Origin: a virus
DNA: 64,000 nucleotides
Virus record (IMG/VR): IMGVR_UViG_3300029319_007985
Location: 1-64,000 of that record
Strand: one strand, 5' to 3'
Below the pieces are notes generated by a model. The model was given only the letters and a program-made list of their open reading frames with translations. It did not search any database and had not been told where the DNA came from. A program made the position numbers and the translations under genes. Numbering within the stretch: position 1 is the stretch's first letter; every line of letters begins with the position of its first letter. Shown piece by piece: positions 1 through 9,445 of this stretch.

Positions 1-104
1 CTAAGGCACAGTTCAATTGCATGGGTGCAACTATCAGTGGCCACGGCAAATGGTGCGCTATAGAAGTCTGCCAACTCAATTTCAAATTTTCGAACCAGTT
101 CCAT
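1..104 (-). CDS. DegT/DnrJ/EryC1/StrS-family PLP aminotransferase, N-terminal part (runs off the window)
   Basis: Not in the ORF track. Translates MELVRKFEIELADFYSAPFAVATDSCTHAIELCL, the typical DegT N-terminus (FE..LA...A.AV.SCT.A). Its ATG overlaps the stop of the amidinotransferase (TAATG). Confidence 0.8.
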   Translation of the reverse strand, partial: MELVRKFEIELADFYSAPFAVATDSCTHAIELCL

Positions 105-1075
105 TATTCTCTTTCCACGTCTACTGTTATACAATGAAAACAGCCACCCAATGTCCTTGCATGTCTCATTGGTAGCATTGCACATTCTATCTTATAGGAT
201 TCTAGAAGTTTTCTTAGATTGTCTTGTTTCTGTTCTAACACAACTAAATTTTCATTCACAGATAAAAGGTTCATGCTAACCCACGGACTTGAATTACAAT
301 GACCAGGATAGTGCCCAATGTCTATAGGCTGTGGTGCAGATATTATGTCCCAGTTCTGCAACACTTTGGGTAGTTGCATTTTATCTTTGATCCTGTCTGG
401 ATTAACGAGTAGTAGGCCGTCTCGGAGTATGGCCATAGTGCTATCTAAATGCATGTATGAGTAAACATTTTCTATAACGTGGACCTTAGTTTCCCTACCC
501 AAGAAGTTTTGTAAAGAGTTTGCCCCGGACAAGTTACCGCTGTTACTGACTAGATAAAACACATCTTGGTTGTGTCTTAGAACGTTGGCGGCATCAAAAC
601 AAGGCTCAGTTTCATTTAAAGCCAATACTTCTTTGTTATCTATACAACTTTCGTTGTATAATGAATCCTCACGAGTTATTTTCATTGTTGTCTGTAAAGA
701 CTCTGGAAGAAGTTTTGTGTAGGCTGTGTATTCATTTTGTCTTGCCCTTATGCTCATTGGTGCAAATATTATTTTATCGCCATAGGTGAATAAAACATCT
801 CGTGGACAGTAATTGTAGTAGGCGGGTTTATTTTTCTCAGGTCTAAGAACTTTGATGTTTTGTTCTTTTAAAAATTCTATGAAGATATCGATATCTTCGT
901 TAGCCTCATCAATCACTTGTGGAGGATACAAGCCTGGTGCAGGTATGTCCTTAGTGTCTACTTTATCAGCATAGTTTACACAACGGAGGCTTTTGTCCAA
1001 AGCAGGTATCCTTGCATCTGTGGCGTCGCCAACTATCACGGATTTCAACTGACTATATTCGTTTTTTGCTAACAT
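104..1075 (-). CDS. Amidinotransferase (glycine/inosamine-phosphate amidinotransferase family)
   Basis: NEYSQLKSVIVG start, CPRD, DAAN, HLD and C-terminal GGCFHCIT motifs (Asp-His-Cys triad). Confidence 0.85.
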   Translation of the reverse strand: MLAKNEYSQLKSVIVGDATDARIPALDKSLRCVNYADKVDTKDIPAPGLYPPQVIDEANEDIDIFIEFLKEQNIKVLRPEKNKPAYYNYCPRDVLFTYGDKIIFAPMSIRARQNEYTAYTKLLPESLQTTMKITREDSLYNESCIDNKEVLALNETEPCFDAANVLRHNQDVFYLVSNSGNLSGANSLQNFLGRETKVHVIENVYSYMHLDSTMAILRDGLLLVNPDRIKDKMQLPKVLQNWDIISAPQPIDIGHYPGHCNSSPWVSMNLLSVNENLVVLEQKQDNLRKLLESYKIECAMLPMRHARTLGGCFHCITVDVERE

Positions 1076-1551
1076 TCTATACCGGTTATCTGTAAAATAT
1101 ACCTATCTTCTTGTCCAAGATTTGCCGCCATGTGTTCAGTGGCTTGATCCCAGCCGAAAAAACTGCCTGCCTTTCCAACACATATTTTGTCCTTGATCCA
1201 AAGTTGATGCCCTGCTTTTTGATCATGTAAGAATACAATTATCCTTTTGATCTGATCTTTGTTTGAAATATTGTTCTTCTTCCTGTAAGTCTCATATTTG
1301 TCGGTGTGATAAGGTAAAACCTGTCCGGGCACAAGTTTATTGACTGCCACAACAGTTTTGTCCAAACCAAAACCGTCACCTACCTGCCTGAAAACTTCTG
1401 GCACATTTTCATAACACATGAAAACTCCTACATTGTATCGGGCAGTGTCCACAGTGGCATTGAGTTTTTCTTCGGGCCTTTCATTTGTTACCCAAGACAA
1501 ATTTTGATAATCATGTTCATTCCAAGTCACTGGAATCTTGCCTTTTATCAT
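1069..1551 (-). CDS. 2OG-Fe(II) oxygenase/cupin-like protein
   Basis: PGQVLPYHTD (HxD) and distal H in HMAANLG..R. Confidence 0.7.
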   Translation of the reverse strand: MIKGKIPVTWNEHDYQNLSWVTNERPEEKLNATVDTARYNVGVFMCYENVPEVFRQVGDGFGLDKTVVAVNKLVPGQVLPYHTDKYETYRKKNNISNKDQIKRIIVFLHDQKAGHQLWIKDKICVGKAGSFFGWDQATEHMAANLGQEDRYILQITGIEC

Positions 1552-1641
1552 AGTATAGTAATATGCCCATATTTAACCGTCGTATGTGTTGCTGATTAAA
1601 GAAAGGTGTGTCTTATGGTAAATAGTTTTAGGAAAAAAATA

Positions 1642-2025
1642 ATGGCAAATTCAGATACAGCATACGGCGTCTACAATAAAATAACCAAAGAATATAAAAT
1701 TGTAAACGTCAATGACAGTTCAGTTAAGTCTCAAAGTTTTAGCGGAAACGTTGAAACTGCTAAGAGTCATTTCTTCACAGACGATGCATTAGCCTGCTTC
1801 AATACAAACGCCACACAACTACAATGGGCAATTACAGATGATGGCAATGGAGTGAAGTTCACAATTGCTTTTGGTGTTCCTGCTGATGCTTCAGCAACAG
1901 CGTGGGCCGATGCTTGGAAAAACACAAAGACCAATTTACAGAACGCTAACAATTGGGTTAAAGACTCTGCAGTCGGAACAAACGAAAAGTGGCAATCAAC
2001 AGATAGCGACTCGCACTTATTCTAA
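1642..2025 (+). CDS. Hypothetical protein, possibly virion-associated
   Basis: ORF; start moved to MANSDT downstream of TAAATA at 1619-1624; S/T/A/D-rich. Confidence 0.6.
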   Translation: MANSDTAYGVYNKITKEYKIVNVNDSSVKSQSFSGNVETAKSHFFTDDALACFNTNATQLQWAITDDGNGVKFTIAFGVPADASATAWADAWKNTKTNLQNANNWVKDSAVGTNEKWQSTDSDSHLF

Positions 2026-2906
2026 GACGAACAGTTCATTGCACAGATCCAGTTACAATTTTTTGTAGTCCAAGTCTTTTTGATCGATTCGAAAGTTTCT
2101 AATTTTTGAAATGGCATGTCGGGCAGACCAAATCCCTGATAGCAACAAGGACCAATGTTACCCAAGGCATCTATATAAACTGATTGTCTTGTCTCGTGTT
2201 CGCAACTTAGATTGTAAACTTTGTCTTCAGTAAAAAAGTTTTTTCTTGTTTCTCTATATCTTTGCACACCTGCTTTCACGTCATAGACTCCAGGATGGCG
2301 ACTGTTATCGGCAGGTAATATCCAGTGAGTTATGTTGCCTTTTGTATCGAGGGCAGGGCCATAGTTTCTTCCATGATCCTCCACGTGGAACATCTTGAAA
2401 CCAAGTGTTCGCGATAGTGATCTTGCTTCTTCAACTTGGTGTGCATTGTGTTTGAAAATAATAAATTTCCACACTGCTTCTCCACCTGCTTCTATGAACC
2501 AAGACACTCTCTCCATTATCTTGCTCCAGGATACATCCTGTCTATAAAGATGATTGGTATCCTGCAGTCCATCTATGCTGAATGTTACCTCTACTCCTTT
2601 TTTTGCCAATTGTTCCCAGGTGTTCCTCTTTCCTACACTACCATTTGTGGTTATGCCTGTGCGACATGAGGTCACGTCTGCTAACTCCAAAATCCTAGGG
2701 TTCATCATAGGATCTCCAAGGTTACCATTAAAATAAACATAATCTCTTTCTGGAAAGTTTGACAAACAATTTTTAAACTTATCAACTGATAAATGAACTT
2801 CTGGGTAGACTCCTTCAACTTTTAATCCGTAGAGATTCCTTGGACATAAAGGACATCTTGCATTACAATATGTTGATGCTTCAACATGGATCTCTCTGAC
2901 TTGCAT
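2022..2906 (-). CDS. Radical SAM protein with a C-terminal Cys (twitch/SPASM-like) region
   Basis: CNARCPLC (CxxxCxxC), GDP, TNG, FSIDG, PCC motifs. Confidence 0.85.
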   Translation of the reverse strand: MQVREIHVEASTYCNARCPLCPRNLYGLKVEGVYPEVHLSVDKFKNCLSNFPERDYVYFNGNLGDPMMNPRILELADVTSCRTGITTNGSVGKRNTWEQLAKKGVEVTFSIDGLQDTNHLYRQDVSWSKIMERVSWFIEAGGEAVWKFIIFKHNAHQVEEARSLSRTLGFKMFHVEDHGRNYGPALDTKGNITHWILPADNSRHPGVYDVKAGVQRYRETRKNFFTEDKVYNLSCEHETRQSVYIDALGNIGPCCYQGFGLPDMPFQKLETFESIKKTWTTKNCNWICAMNCSS

Positions 2907-2920
2907 AATCCATATTTAAT

Positions 2921-2952
2921 AAAAAAAAGGGCGATAGTTGCCTACCGCCCTT
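2921..2952 (-). terminator. Rho-independent terminator
   Basis: GGGCGGTAG-GCAA-CTATCGCCC hairpin followed by T8 on the minus strand, just after ORF 2975-3358. Confidence 0.8.
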
Positions 2953-2974
2953 CTAATAGTGATTAGTATGTTAA

Positions 2975-3358
2975 TTACGCAGAGTAATTAATTACTTTTC
3001 TGCCTGACTTTTTAAGTAATGAAATTAAATTTGCTTTCATTCCTAAAGCAGATGATTTAGGTGCAGTACCTAAAACATTTACAGTAAAGTCAATACCTTT
3101 TGATAACAACTTGTTAGTCGCTGTTTTTCTTGCAGTATTTTTCACAGCCAAGTTTTTAAACTTGATTTTACCACCGTGAACTTCACCGTTTACTGTGTAT
3201 CCAGATACAGGTTCAGCAAATACACCAATTTGTTTTGCTCTTGTTCTGAACTCTCTTGTGTAGATTACGTATTGTTGTGATCTAGCCATTTTTCTTCCTT
3301 TTGTAGTTAAAGAAGAAGATGTTCTTGTATTCGAACCGAAGTCAAATAATCCAAACAT
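2975..3358 (-). CDS. Basic hypothetical protein
   Basis: GGAGG SD before ATG at 3358; sigma70-like promoter TTGACT-N17-TAAAAT at 3443-3415; own terminator; alternative start at MARSQQ. Confidence 0.7.
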   Translation of the reverse strand: MFGLFDFGSNTRTSSSLTTKGRKMARSQQYVIYTREFRTRAKQIGVFAEPVSGYTVNGEVHGGKIKFKNLAVKNTARKTATNKLLSKGIDFTVNVLGTAPKSSALGMKANLISLLKKSGRKVINYSA

Positions 3359-3464
3359 GCTTTCCTCCATTAGTTAAAAATAAACCAGGACTATCCTGGC
3401 CTATATAAAAATATATTTTACACGAAAATAAAAATAAGTCAACCGCTAATTGCAGTTTTGGTAA

Positions 3465-3911
3465 TTAATTGTCTTTGACCTTTGGCACATGGAACAGATC
3501 AACGCCTTCATCAAGTAATTTACTAACTTCTTCGTCGGATGGTGTGCCGTAAAACTTTTCATCTCTTTTGCCTGCTTGGCTTTTCTTTACCTCTTTATAG
3601 AACTTTTTACCAACATTTTCAAAGTTCTTCTCAACATATTTGTTTATCCTACGTAAAACAGCCTTGGCCTGCCCGGCCATCATGATGTCTTTGCTAGAAT
3701 AATCTACACTGTTTGTCGAGGAAACAGTTTTCTTTTGTGTTTGTTTCTTCTGGATGTTAGGTGCCATGATCGCTTTGTCAACATTACCACTGTCGCAGAA
3801 CGGACACAACAGTTGGCCAGTTTTTTTCTGCTTGGAAAAATCTTTGCTGTCTGGAAACCAACCCTCGAAAGTATTTGTGCAATCGCCACAATTTAAACTG
3901 TACTTGATCAT
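3465..3911 (-). CDS. DUF1178 family zinc-ribbon protein
   Basis: MIKYSLNC..FEGWF..CPFC..KAIMAP..FENVG..FYG pattern typical of DUF1178; start set by TAAATA-N5-ATG. Confidence 0.8.
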   Translation of the reverse strand: MIKYSLNCGDCTNTFEGWFPDSKDFSKQKKTGQLLCPFCDSGNVDKAIMAPNIQKKQTQKKTVSSTNSVDYSSKDIMMAGQAKAVLRRINKYVEKNFENVGKKFYKEVKKSQAGKRDEKFYGTPSDEEVSKLLDEGVDLFHVPKVKDN

Positions 3912-3967
3912 ACTATTATTTACTATTATACACTTGACTTGCATTTCTGTCTATTGTATTATTAGTC

Positions 3968-4111
3968 ATGGCAGTTAAATTTGGCGCAGTTGATAGACCC
4001 AGAAACATGAAAAGAACTTCTCAGGCTAGTAAAAAGAGAAGAGTCAAGTTTGCATCAATGAACAAACACAAAAGATTAAGTTGGAAGCCGGGCAGAGGTC
4101 AAGGTCGATAA
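3968..4111 (+). CDS. 47-aa highly basic protein
   Basis: Not in the ORF track: MAVKFGAVDRPRNMKRTSQASKKRRVKFASMNKHKRLSWKPGRGQGR; promoter TTGACT(3934)-N17-TATTAT(3957) directly upstream. Confidence 0.7.
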   Translation: MAVKFGAVDRPRNMKRTSQASKKRRVKFASMNKHKRLSWKPGRGQGR

Positions 4112-4524
4112 TCAAACATAGTGTATTTGAAGGCGTCTTTCTGCCGTCTAAATTTTATTGTGTCTGTGCTTATCTGGTAAACATTGTAAGGGCCACCTAG
4201 TTTTTTTATCTGTTTGTGATCTAATATTTCATTTTCTTTACATTCCACGCTGTAACCAAACCACATAGGCCACCACTTCAAAGGGTTAGTTCCGTATTCT
4301 TCAGCCGCTAGAAAATATGCAACCACAGGAATAAAACTTGCTATTTCAAAATACCAAGCAATCATACCAAAGGTAAAATGATCAAACCAATGCAGTATCA
4401 ACCAGTAGGAAAACCAAACTCCGGCCGCCAAGCCGAATACTATCCAACCATCCTCTTCGATTTCGAAACGCTCATGATGTGAATATCTGCCGCCAGAATC
4501 TGGTGGTGCCCAAAAGTTCATCAT
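4099..4524 (-). CDS. Hypothetical membrane protein
   Basis: Two hydrophobic segments; start set by TAAGTA-N5-ATG. Confidence 0.6.
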   Translation of the reverse strand: MMNFWAPPDSGGRYSHHERFEIEEDGWIVFGLAAGVWFSYWLILHWFDHFTFGMIAWYFEIASFIPVVAYFLAAEEYGTNPLKWWPMWFGYSVECKENEILDHKQIKKLGGPYNVYQISTDTIKFRRQKDAFKYTMFDYRP

Positions 4525-4592
4525 ATAATTACTTAACATATTTGTTGTAACGCTCACAAGAAGTTCACAACATCAATCCAAAAATAATCGTT

Positions 4593-6029
4593 ATGGAATT
4601 TGCTATATTAATGGCAGGTATTGTTTACGGCTTAATCATTGGCCTAATACCAGCCGCGGGTGCTACGACAGGATTGATAACACTGTTTGGACTTATGCCT
4701 TACTTTGTTGGAGATCCATACTTAGGTGTAATCTTTTGTGTGGCTGTTGTCGCATCATCTACAACCGGTGATTCATTCAGTGGTGTGCTTCTAGGCATAC
4801 CCGGGGCCAACAGTGCGGCCGCAACAATGGTTGATGGTTTTCCAATGGCCAAAGATGGGCAGGCCAGCAGGGCCTTGTCTGCCGCTATAACTTCATCCAC
4901 GGTGAACGGACTGCTGTTTGGATCTTTGACCTTTTTATTTTTACCTTACTACACTAAGATTGTGATGTACATGGGCATACCGGAACTGTGGGCATTGGTG
5001 CTACTAGCATTTGTCACAGTTGGATTTGTCAGCACAAAGAAATATGTGCGGAGTGTGTGTGCCATTGTGCTAGGAGTTACACTAGGACTGGTTGGTGTAG
5101 ATGTCAACAATGTGCCTAGGTTTACTATGGGTTGGAGATATCTAGAAGATGGAATACAGATACTACCTTTCGTGGCAGGACTATTTGCTGTACCAGAGAT
5201 GTGGGAAGGCTGGCGTAAAAGAAAGCAGACTGCACAACACAAAGATTTAAAAGGCAGTTGGTCACAGATCAAACAAGGCATGTTGGACACAAAACAAAGT
5301 TGGCGAGACAGTTTCCGAGGAGGAGCCATAGGATCATTTATAGGATTATTGCCCGGCCTGGGAGGAGCAATGGCAGATTGGTTAGCCTATGGATCAACTG
5401 TGGCACGTAATCCAAAAGAAAAATTTGGTGTGGGTAATGTGCGTGGAGTAATAGGAGCGGAAGGAGCCAATAATGCCCAGAAGGCATCAAGTTTTATTCC
5501 CACGGTGTTGTTTGGAATACCCGGTGCGCCATTCGCCGCAATCCTTATGGGACTATTTTTATACATAGGAATAGATCTTGGATCACCTGATACATTTTAC
5601 GACGACAAACTATTTGACAGTATGGCATTTGCCTTCTTAGTTGGAACCATTATTACTGCTGTAATCTGTTATGGACTGGCCTACTTCGCAGGTTGGGTAA
5701 CCAAGGTGCCTTATGTTTATTATTTTCCTTTCATCATAGCCACAATATTATGGGCAACTTTACAGTACACAGGAGGCTGGGAGGACGTGGCTGTTCTTTT
5801 AATTTTCAGTGTGCTAGGATTATTATGCAAGAAATTTCAAGTTAGCAGACCCGCTCTGCTTATTGGATTCCTGTTAAGTGACAGGATATACAGTTTAAGT
5901 TATCAGATGACAACCCTACATAAGATAACTGACCTGGCAACCAGGCCAATATTTTTAACAATAATGGCGTGTGTTGTTTTTTTAATATATTGGGGTGTAA
6001 CAAAAAGGAGTAGAATAGATTATGCTTAA
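4593..6029 (+). CDS. tctA: Tripartite tricarboxylate transporter large permease TctA
   Basis: GLIPAAG, GIPG..AA.T..DGFPMA..G, GLLPGLGG, EGANNA, GIPG motifs; many TM helices. Confidence 0.9.
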   Translation: MEFAILMAGIVYGLIIGLIPAAGATTGLITLFGLMPYFVGDPYLGVIFCVAVVASSTTGDSFSGVLLGIPGANSAAATMVDGFPMAKDGQASRALSAAITSSTVNGLLFGSLTFLFLPYYTKIVMYMGIPELWALVLLAFVTVGFVSTKKYVRSVCAIVLGVTLGLVGVDVNNVPRFTMGWRYLEDGIQILPFVAGLFAVPEMWEGWRKRKQTAQHKDLKGSWSQIKQGMLDTKQSWRDSFRGGAIGSFIGLLPGLGGAMADWLAYGSTVARNPKEKFGVGNVRGVIGAEGANNAQKASSFIPTVLFGIPGAPFAAILMGLFLYIGIDLGSPDTFYDDKLFDSMAFAFLVGTIITAVICYGLAYFAGWVTKVPYVYYFPFIIATILWATLQYTGGWEDVAVLLIFSVLGLLCKKFQVSRPALLIGFLLSDRIYSLSYQMTTLHKITDLATRPIFLTIMACVVFLIYWGVTKRSRIDYA

Positions 6030-7068
6030 GAAAATAATCATTGCAATGATGTTAATGACAACAACAGCATTGGCAGAATACAACTTGATAGTGCCACAAA
6101 AACCATCAGGTGGAACATCTGTATGGGCACAGATAGTTGTAAAGGAATGGGAGAAGCATTTGGGAGAAAAGATCAATTTGATCTATAAGCCAGGTGCCAG
6201 AGACCAGTTGGGACCTAACGAGTTCCAAAATAAACTTAGGTTCGATGATAAAACAATACTTGTGTCACATGGTGGGAACGGTATCAGTTATCTAGTTGAA
6301 CCCGTGGACTACAACTATCTGGATTGGCAGTCAATAGGACAGATGAACTTGAACATCATAGTTGGTGCCAAAAAGGAAACAGATGTGTTGAATGGACCTA
6401 TACAGTTCTCAGCAGGATCAGGAATGACGCCTGAGATAATGGCAATAGTGCAACTGCTGACAGGACCAAAGAAAAACTATCTAGACACTTGGGAGACCAA
6501 GATAACTTGGGTAAAAGGCATGAGTGGCTCAGAAAGAAGACTGGCCTTCAGAAGAGGTGATCTCAACGCAACAAGAGAAAATCCAGCGGCATACAAGAAA
6601 CACGTGATGCCTGTGATTGAACAAGGTGACGCATTCACATGGTTCCATCATGGACTTTTAAATGTTGAAACAGGAAAGCACGACAATGATCCAAACTTTC
6701 AAGAGCCAACATTTGAAGCACTATATCAAGAGATGTGGGGTGTTGCACCGGAAGGTGATTTCTATGATGCATATAGACTTGTGAAAAGTTGGAGAGATGC
6801 GTTACAGAAAGCATTTTGGGTAAACAAAGGAAATCCCAACAAAGATAAACTTGTTGCGGCATTGAACAAAATGATCAATGATCCTGAGTCGGTTGCCGCC
6901 ATAGAGGCGAAGGTTGGCAAATACGAATGGAGGACAGGTTCAGATGGTGACAAGGCAGTGCAAACGTTGAAAACGTTCATTACGCCTGGAGCACTCAAAA
7001 CCTTATCTGACTTTGGAAAAAACCAATTAGGATATAATACAGTGTATAAAGAACAACTGTTGAAATAA
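6022..7068 (+). CDS. TctC/Bug-like periplasmic substrate-binding protein
   Basis: Signal peptide; LIVPQKPSGGT, YKPGA, ALRRGDL-like motif; overlaps tctA. Confidence 0.7.
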   Translation: MLKKIIIAMMLMTTTALAEYNLIVPQKPSGGTSVWAQIVVKEWEKHLGEKINLIYKPGARDQLGPNEFQNKLRFDDKTILVSHGGNGISYLVEPVDYNYLDWQSIGQMNLNIIVGAKKETDVLNGPIQFSAGSGMTPEIMAIVQLLTGPKKNYLDTWETKITWVKGMSGSERRLAFRRGDLNATRENPAAYKKHVMPVIEQGDAFTWFHHGLLNVETGKHDNDPNFQEPTFEALYQEMWGVAPEGDFYDAYRLVKSWRDALQKAFWVNKGNPNKDKLVAALNKMINDPESVAAIEAKVGKYEWRTGSDGDKAVQTLKTFITPGALKTLSDFGKNQLGYNTVYKEQLLK

Positions 7069-7700
7069 TGAAATATATCTTTGTAGTAGGTGCTCCTGGT
7101 TCACGTTGGAGCGGTGTGGCCAAGAGCATCTATTACTCGGATCAAATTGATCAGTCAGACGACACACCCGAAAGAACATATTACAATCCTAAGAGTCCTG
7201 CCAAAGCCAAACAGTTGATGCACAGAGGTGCCTACTTTGATCCAGGAATGGAGTTTGGCAACGAACTCGAGGACTTTGATTCACTTTCGAAAGAAGATCT
7301 AGAAAAAATATTTGACGCTCCTTTTCAAGGTTCCGATCGTATCAGAATAATTAAGAGTCATGTGCTAAGCCTACATCTAGAAAAATTATCTAAGATGTTT
7401 ACCGATCCAATTGTGCTAGTCTATAGGCATGATGAAGACTGCTATGATTGGTGGAAAGAGGCAGGAGGTTGGGATATCACTTATCCTAACTACAAGTGGT
7501 ATAAAGACGACGACACAATCAAGAGTCAGATTGCTTTACAGAACCATGCCATTAAAAAATTCGTACACACACAAAAATTGTATAGTTTGAATAATAGTTT
7601 GCAACTGCAGAAATATCTTGGAATAAAGGCAATGGGACATTTGGACTTTACAGATGTAGAAGTTTATTGTAAAATGTATCATGAACAAAAAAATTCTTAA
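7068..7700 (+). CDS. Sulfotransferase-like P-loop protein
   Basis: IFVVGAPGSRWS, IIKSH, IVLVYR pattern. Confidence 0.55.
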   Translation: MKYIFVVGAPGSRWSGVAKSIYYSDQIDQSDDTPERTYYNPKSPAKAKQLMHRGAYFDPGMEFGNELEDFDSLSKEDLEKIFDAPFQGSDRIRIIKSHVLSLHLEKLSKMFTDPIVLVYRHDEDCYDWWKEAGGWDITYPNYKWYKDDDTIKSQIALQNHAIKKFVHTQKLYSLNNSLQLQKYLGIKAMGHLDFTDVEVYCKMYHEQKNS

Positions 7701-8334
7701 CCAATTAATATTGGATCTTGGTAAAGGTGAGATCAATGCAGAATACGTTAAAGATACTTTTGATATTGATATCACAAAAAGTTATAATAACATTAATGAA
7801 TGGGCAGATGCAATTGACGATGCGATATTACACAGATACTTCTCCAAAGTCTGGCAACCGGACATGAAGAAATGGAAACACAGCGGACTCCAACTAATAG
7901 ACGAAGTCAATAACCTAAGGCCAAGAAATGTTCTTGATGTTGGGTGTGGCTACAATGAATTCAAGGGCAAAATTAATTTCCTCACTGGGATAGATCCTTA
8001 TAATGATAAAGCGGACATATTGATAAAAACTATAGATTATACTCCAAAGCAAAAGTTTGATGTTATTTTGTGTCTTGGATCTATAAACTTTGGATCGCAA
8101 AGCAAAATAGAAACAGAAGTTGCTCACTGTGCCAGCCTACTTGAAAAGGGTGGAACCATGTTTTTTCGGGTCAACCCAGGTGTTAAGCATGACAAACCAG
8201 AATCCAAGTGGATTGACTTCTATGCTTGGAACGTGCCTTTTATTATCGAACTTGCAGAAAAGTTAAACTTAAAAGTTTTAGATATAAGAGACGACACTAA
8301 CAAGAGAAAATACTTTGTTTATAGGAAAATATAA
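7681..8334 (+). CDS. Class I SAM-dependent methyltransferase
   Basis: VLDVGCG, GID, FDVILC, LEKGG motifs. Confidence 0.8.
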   Translation: MNKKILNQLILDLGKGEINAEYVKDTFDIDITKSYNNINEWADAIDDAILHRYFSKVWQPDMKKWKHSGLQLIDEVNNLRPRNVLDVGCGYNEFKGKINFLTGIDPYNDKADILIKTIDYTPKQKFDVILCLGSINFGSQSKIETEVAHCASLLEKGGTMFFRVNPGVKHDKPESKWIDFYAWNVPFIIELAEKLNLKVLDIRDDTNKRKYFVYRKI

Positions 8335-8400
8335 GAAAAACACCCATAATAGCAATAGACAAATGCTTTTTCTGTGTTACAATAAATGTAAATACAACAA

Positions 8401-8703
8401 ATGCAGAAAAAAACCAATAGTATCCTAGAAGAACTAGCAAACGTTAGGTTAAACAAAGACCCAGAAAACTTTGTGGAACATCGTGCAAGTCACATCATTG
8501 ATAGTGCAATTAACCTTGTACATTACATTAGAGAAAACTTTGACCAACAAACTGCATACACATTAGAAAAAAAATTCAACTCGGCAATAAAGAATCTTGA
8601 CAGTAATAAATTTCATAAAGGCGTTTCACGTATCAAAGAACTAAAGGACGTAAAGAAGTCGTTCACCATTAAACAAGGCGAATTCAAAGACGAGGACGCA
8701 TAA
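8401..8703 (+). CDS. Hypothetical phage protein
   Basis: ORF preceded by TAAATA-N6-ATG. Confidence 0.65.
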   Translation: MQKKTNSILEELANVRLNKDPENFVEHRASHIIDSAINLVHYIRENFDQQTAYTLEKKFNSAIKNLDSNKFHKGVSRIKELKDVKKSFTIKQGEFKDEDA

Positions 8704-8706
8704 TAA

Positions 8707-9444
8707 ATGCCTAATATTTTAGTTAATGGTGACTCTTTCAGTCATGAAAGACATTTTGCTATAGACGAATCTTATGTTGAAAAGACTTGGGCCTATAGTA
8801 TAGGAGCAAATAATATAGCATTGGGCGGATGTTCAAATGACAGAATTTTTTATTCTACAATAGAATATTTGAACAAAAATTTTGTTGATGTTTTGATTAT
8901 TGGCTGGACTAGTTTTGAACGTTACAGTTTACCTTTAAGTAAAGGACGTAATCTTCATTTGACACCTGGTGGAGCCGCTGACGATAATTTATTTGGATTT
9001 CTTGAACAGGATAAAGATGCGTATATACATTATCATGATTTTTATTACAAAAACTGCCACAACACTTTTTTAAACTTTCAACGCTTTTTAAATTTTTACC
9101 TACATCTACAAGACTATTGTGACATCAAAAAAATTAAATTCATTAATTTTTTATCAATGGATTCTTTCCCCAATACTAAACAAATAAAAAATATTGCCAA
9201 ATTGGCATATATGAATCGTTCGTCAAAAGATTTAGAACAAGCAGGCACAATTTACAACACTAATATATTAAACAATTTAATAGAAAAAATAGATCCAAAA
9301 AATTGGGTGCAAAACACCGTTGGATTCGCATATGAAAAGTTAGTAAAAGATAAAAACTTTCCTTTATTGAAGGATGGCCACCCAGGACTAGAAGCATCAA
9401 AGTATTGGGGCGAATTAATTCAACAACATATAGTTAAATATTGA
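8707..9444 (+). CDS. SGNH/GDSL hydrolase-like protein
   Basis: NGDSFS, NIALGGCSN, DGHP motifs. Confidence 0.65.
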   Translation: MPNILVNGDSFSHERHFAIDESYVEKTWAYSIGANNIALGGCSNDRIFYSTIEYLNKNFVDVLIIGWTSFERYSLPLSKGRNLHLTPGGAADDNLFGFLEQDKDAYIHYHDFYYKNCHNTFLNFQRFLNFYLHLQDYCDIKKIKFINFLSMDSFPNTKQIKNIAKLAYMNRSSKDLEQAGTIYNTNILNNLIEKIDPKNWVQNTVGFAYEKLVKDKNFPLLKDGHPGLEASKYWGELIQQHIVKY

Positions 9445-9445
9445 T

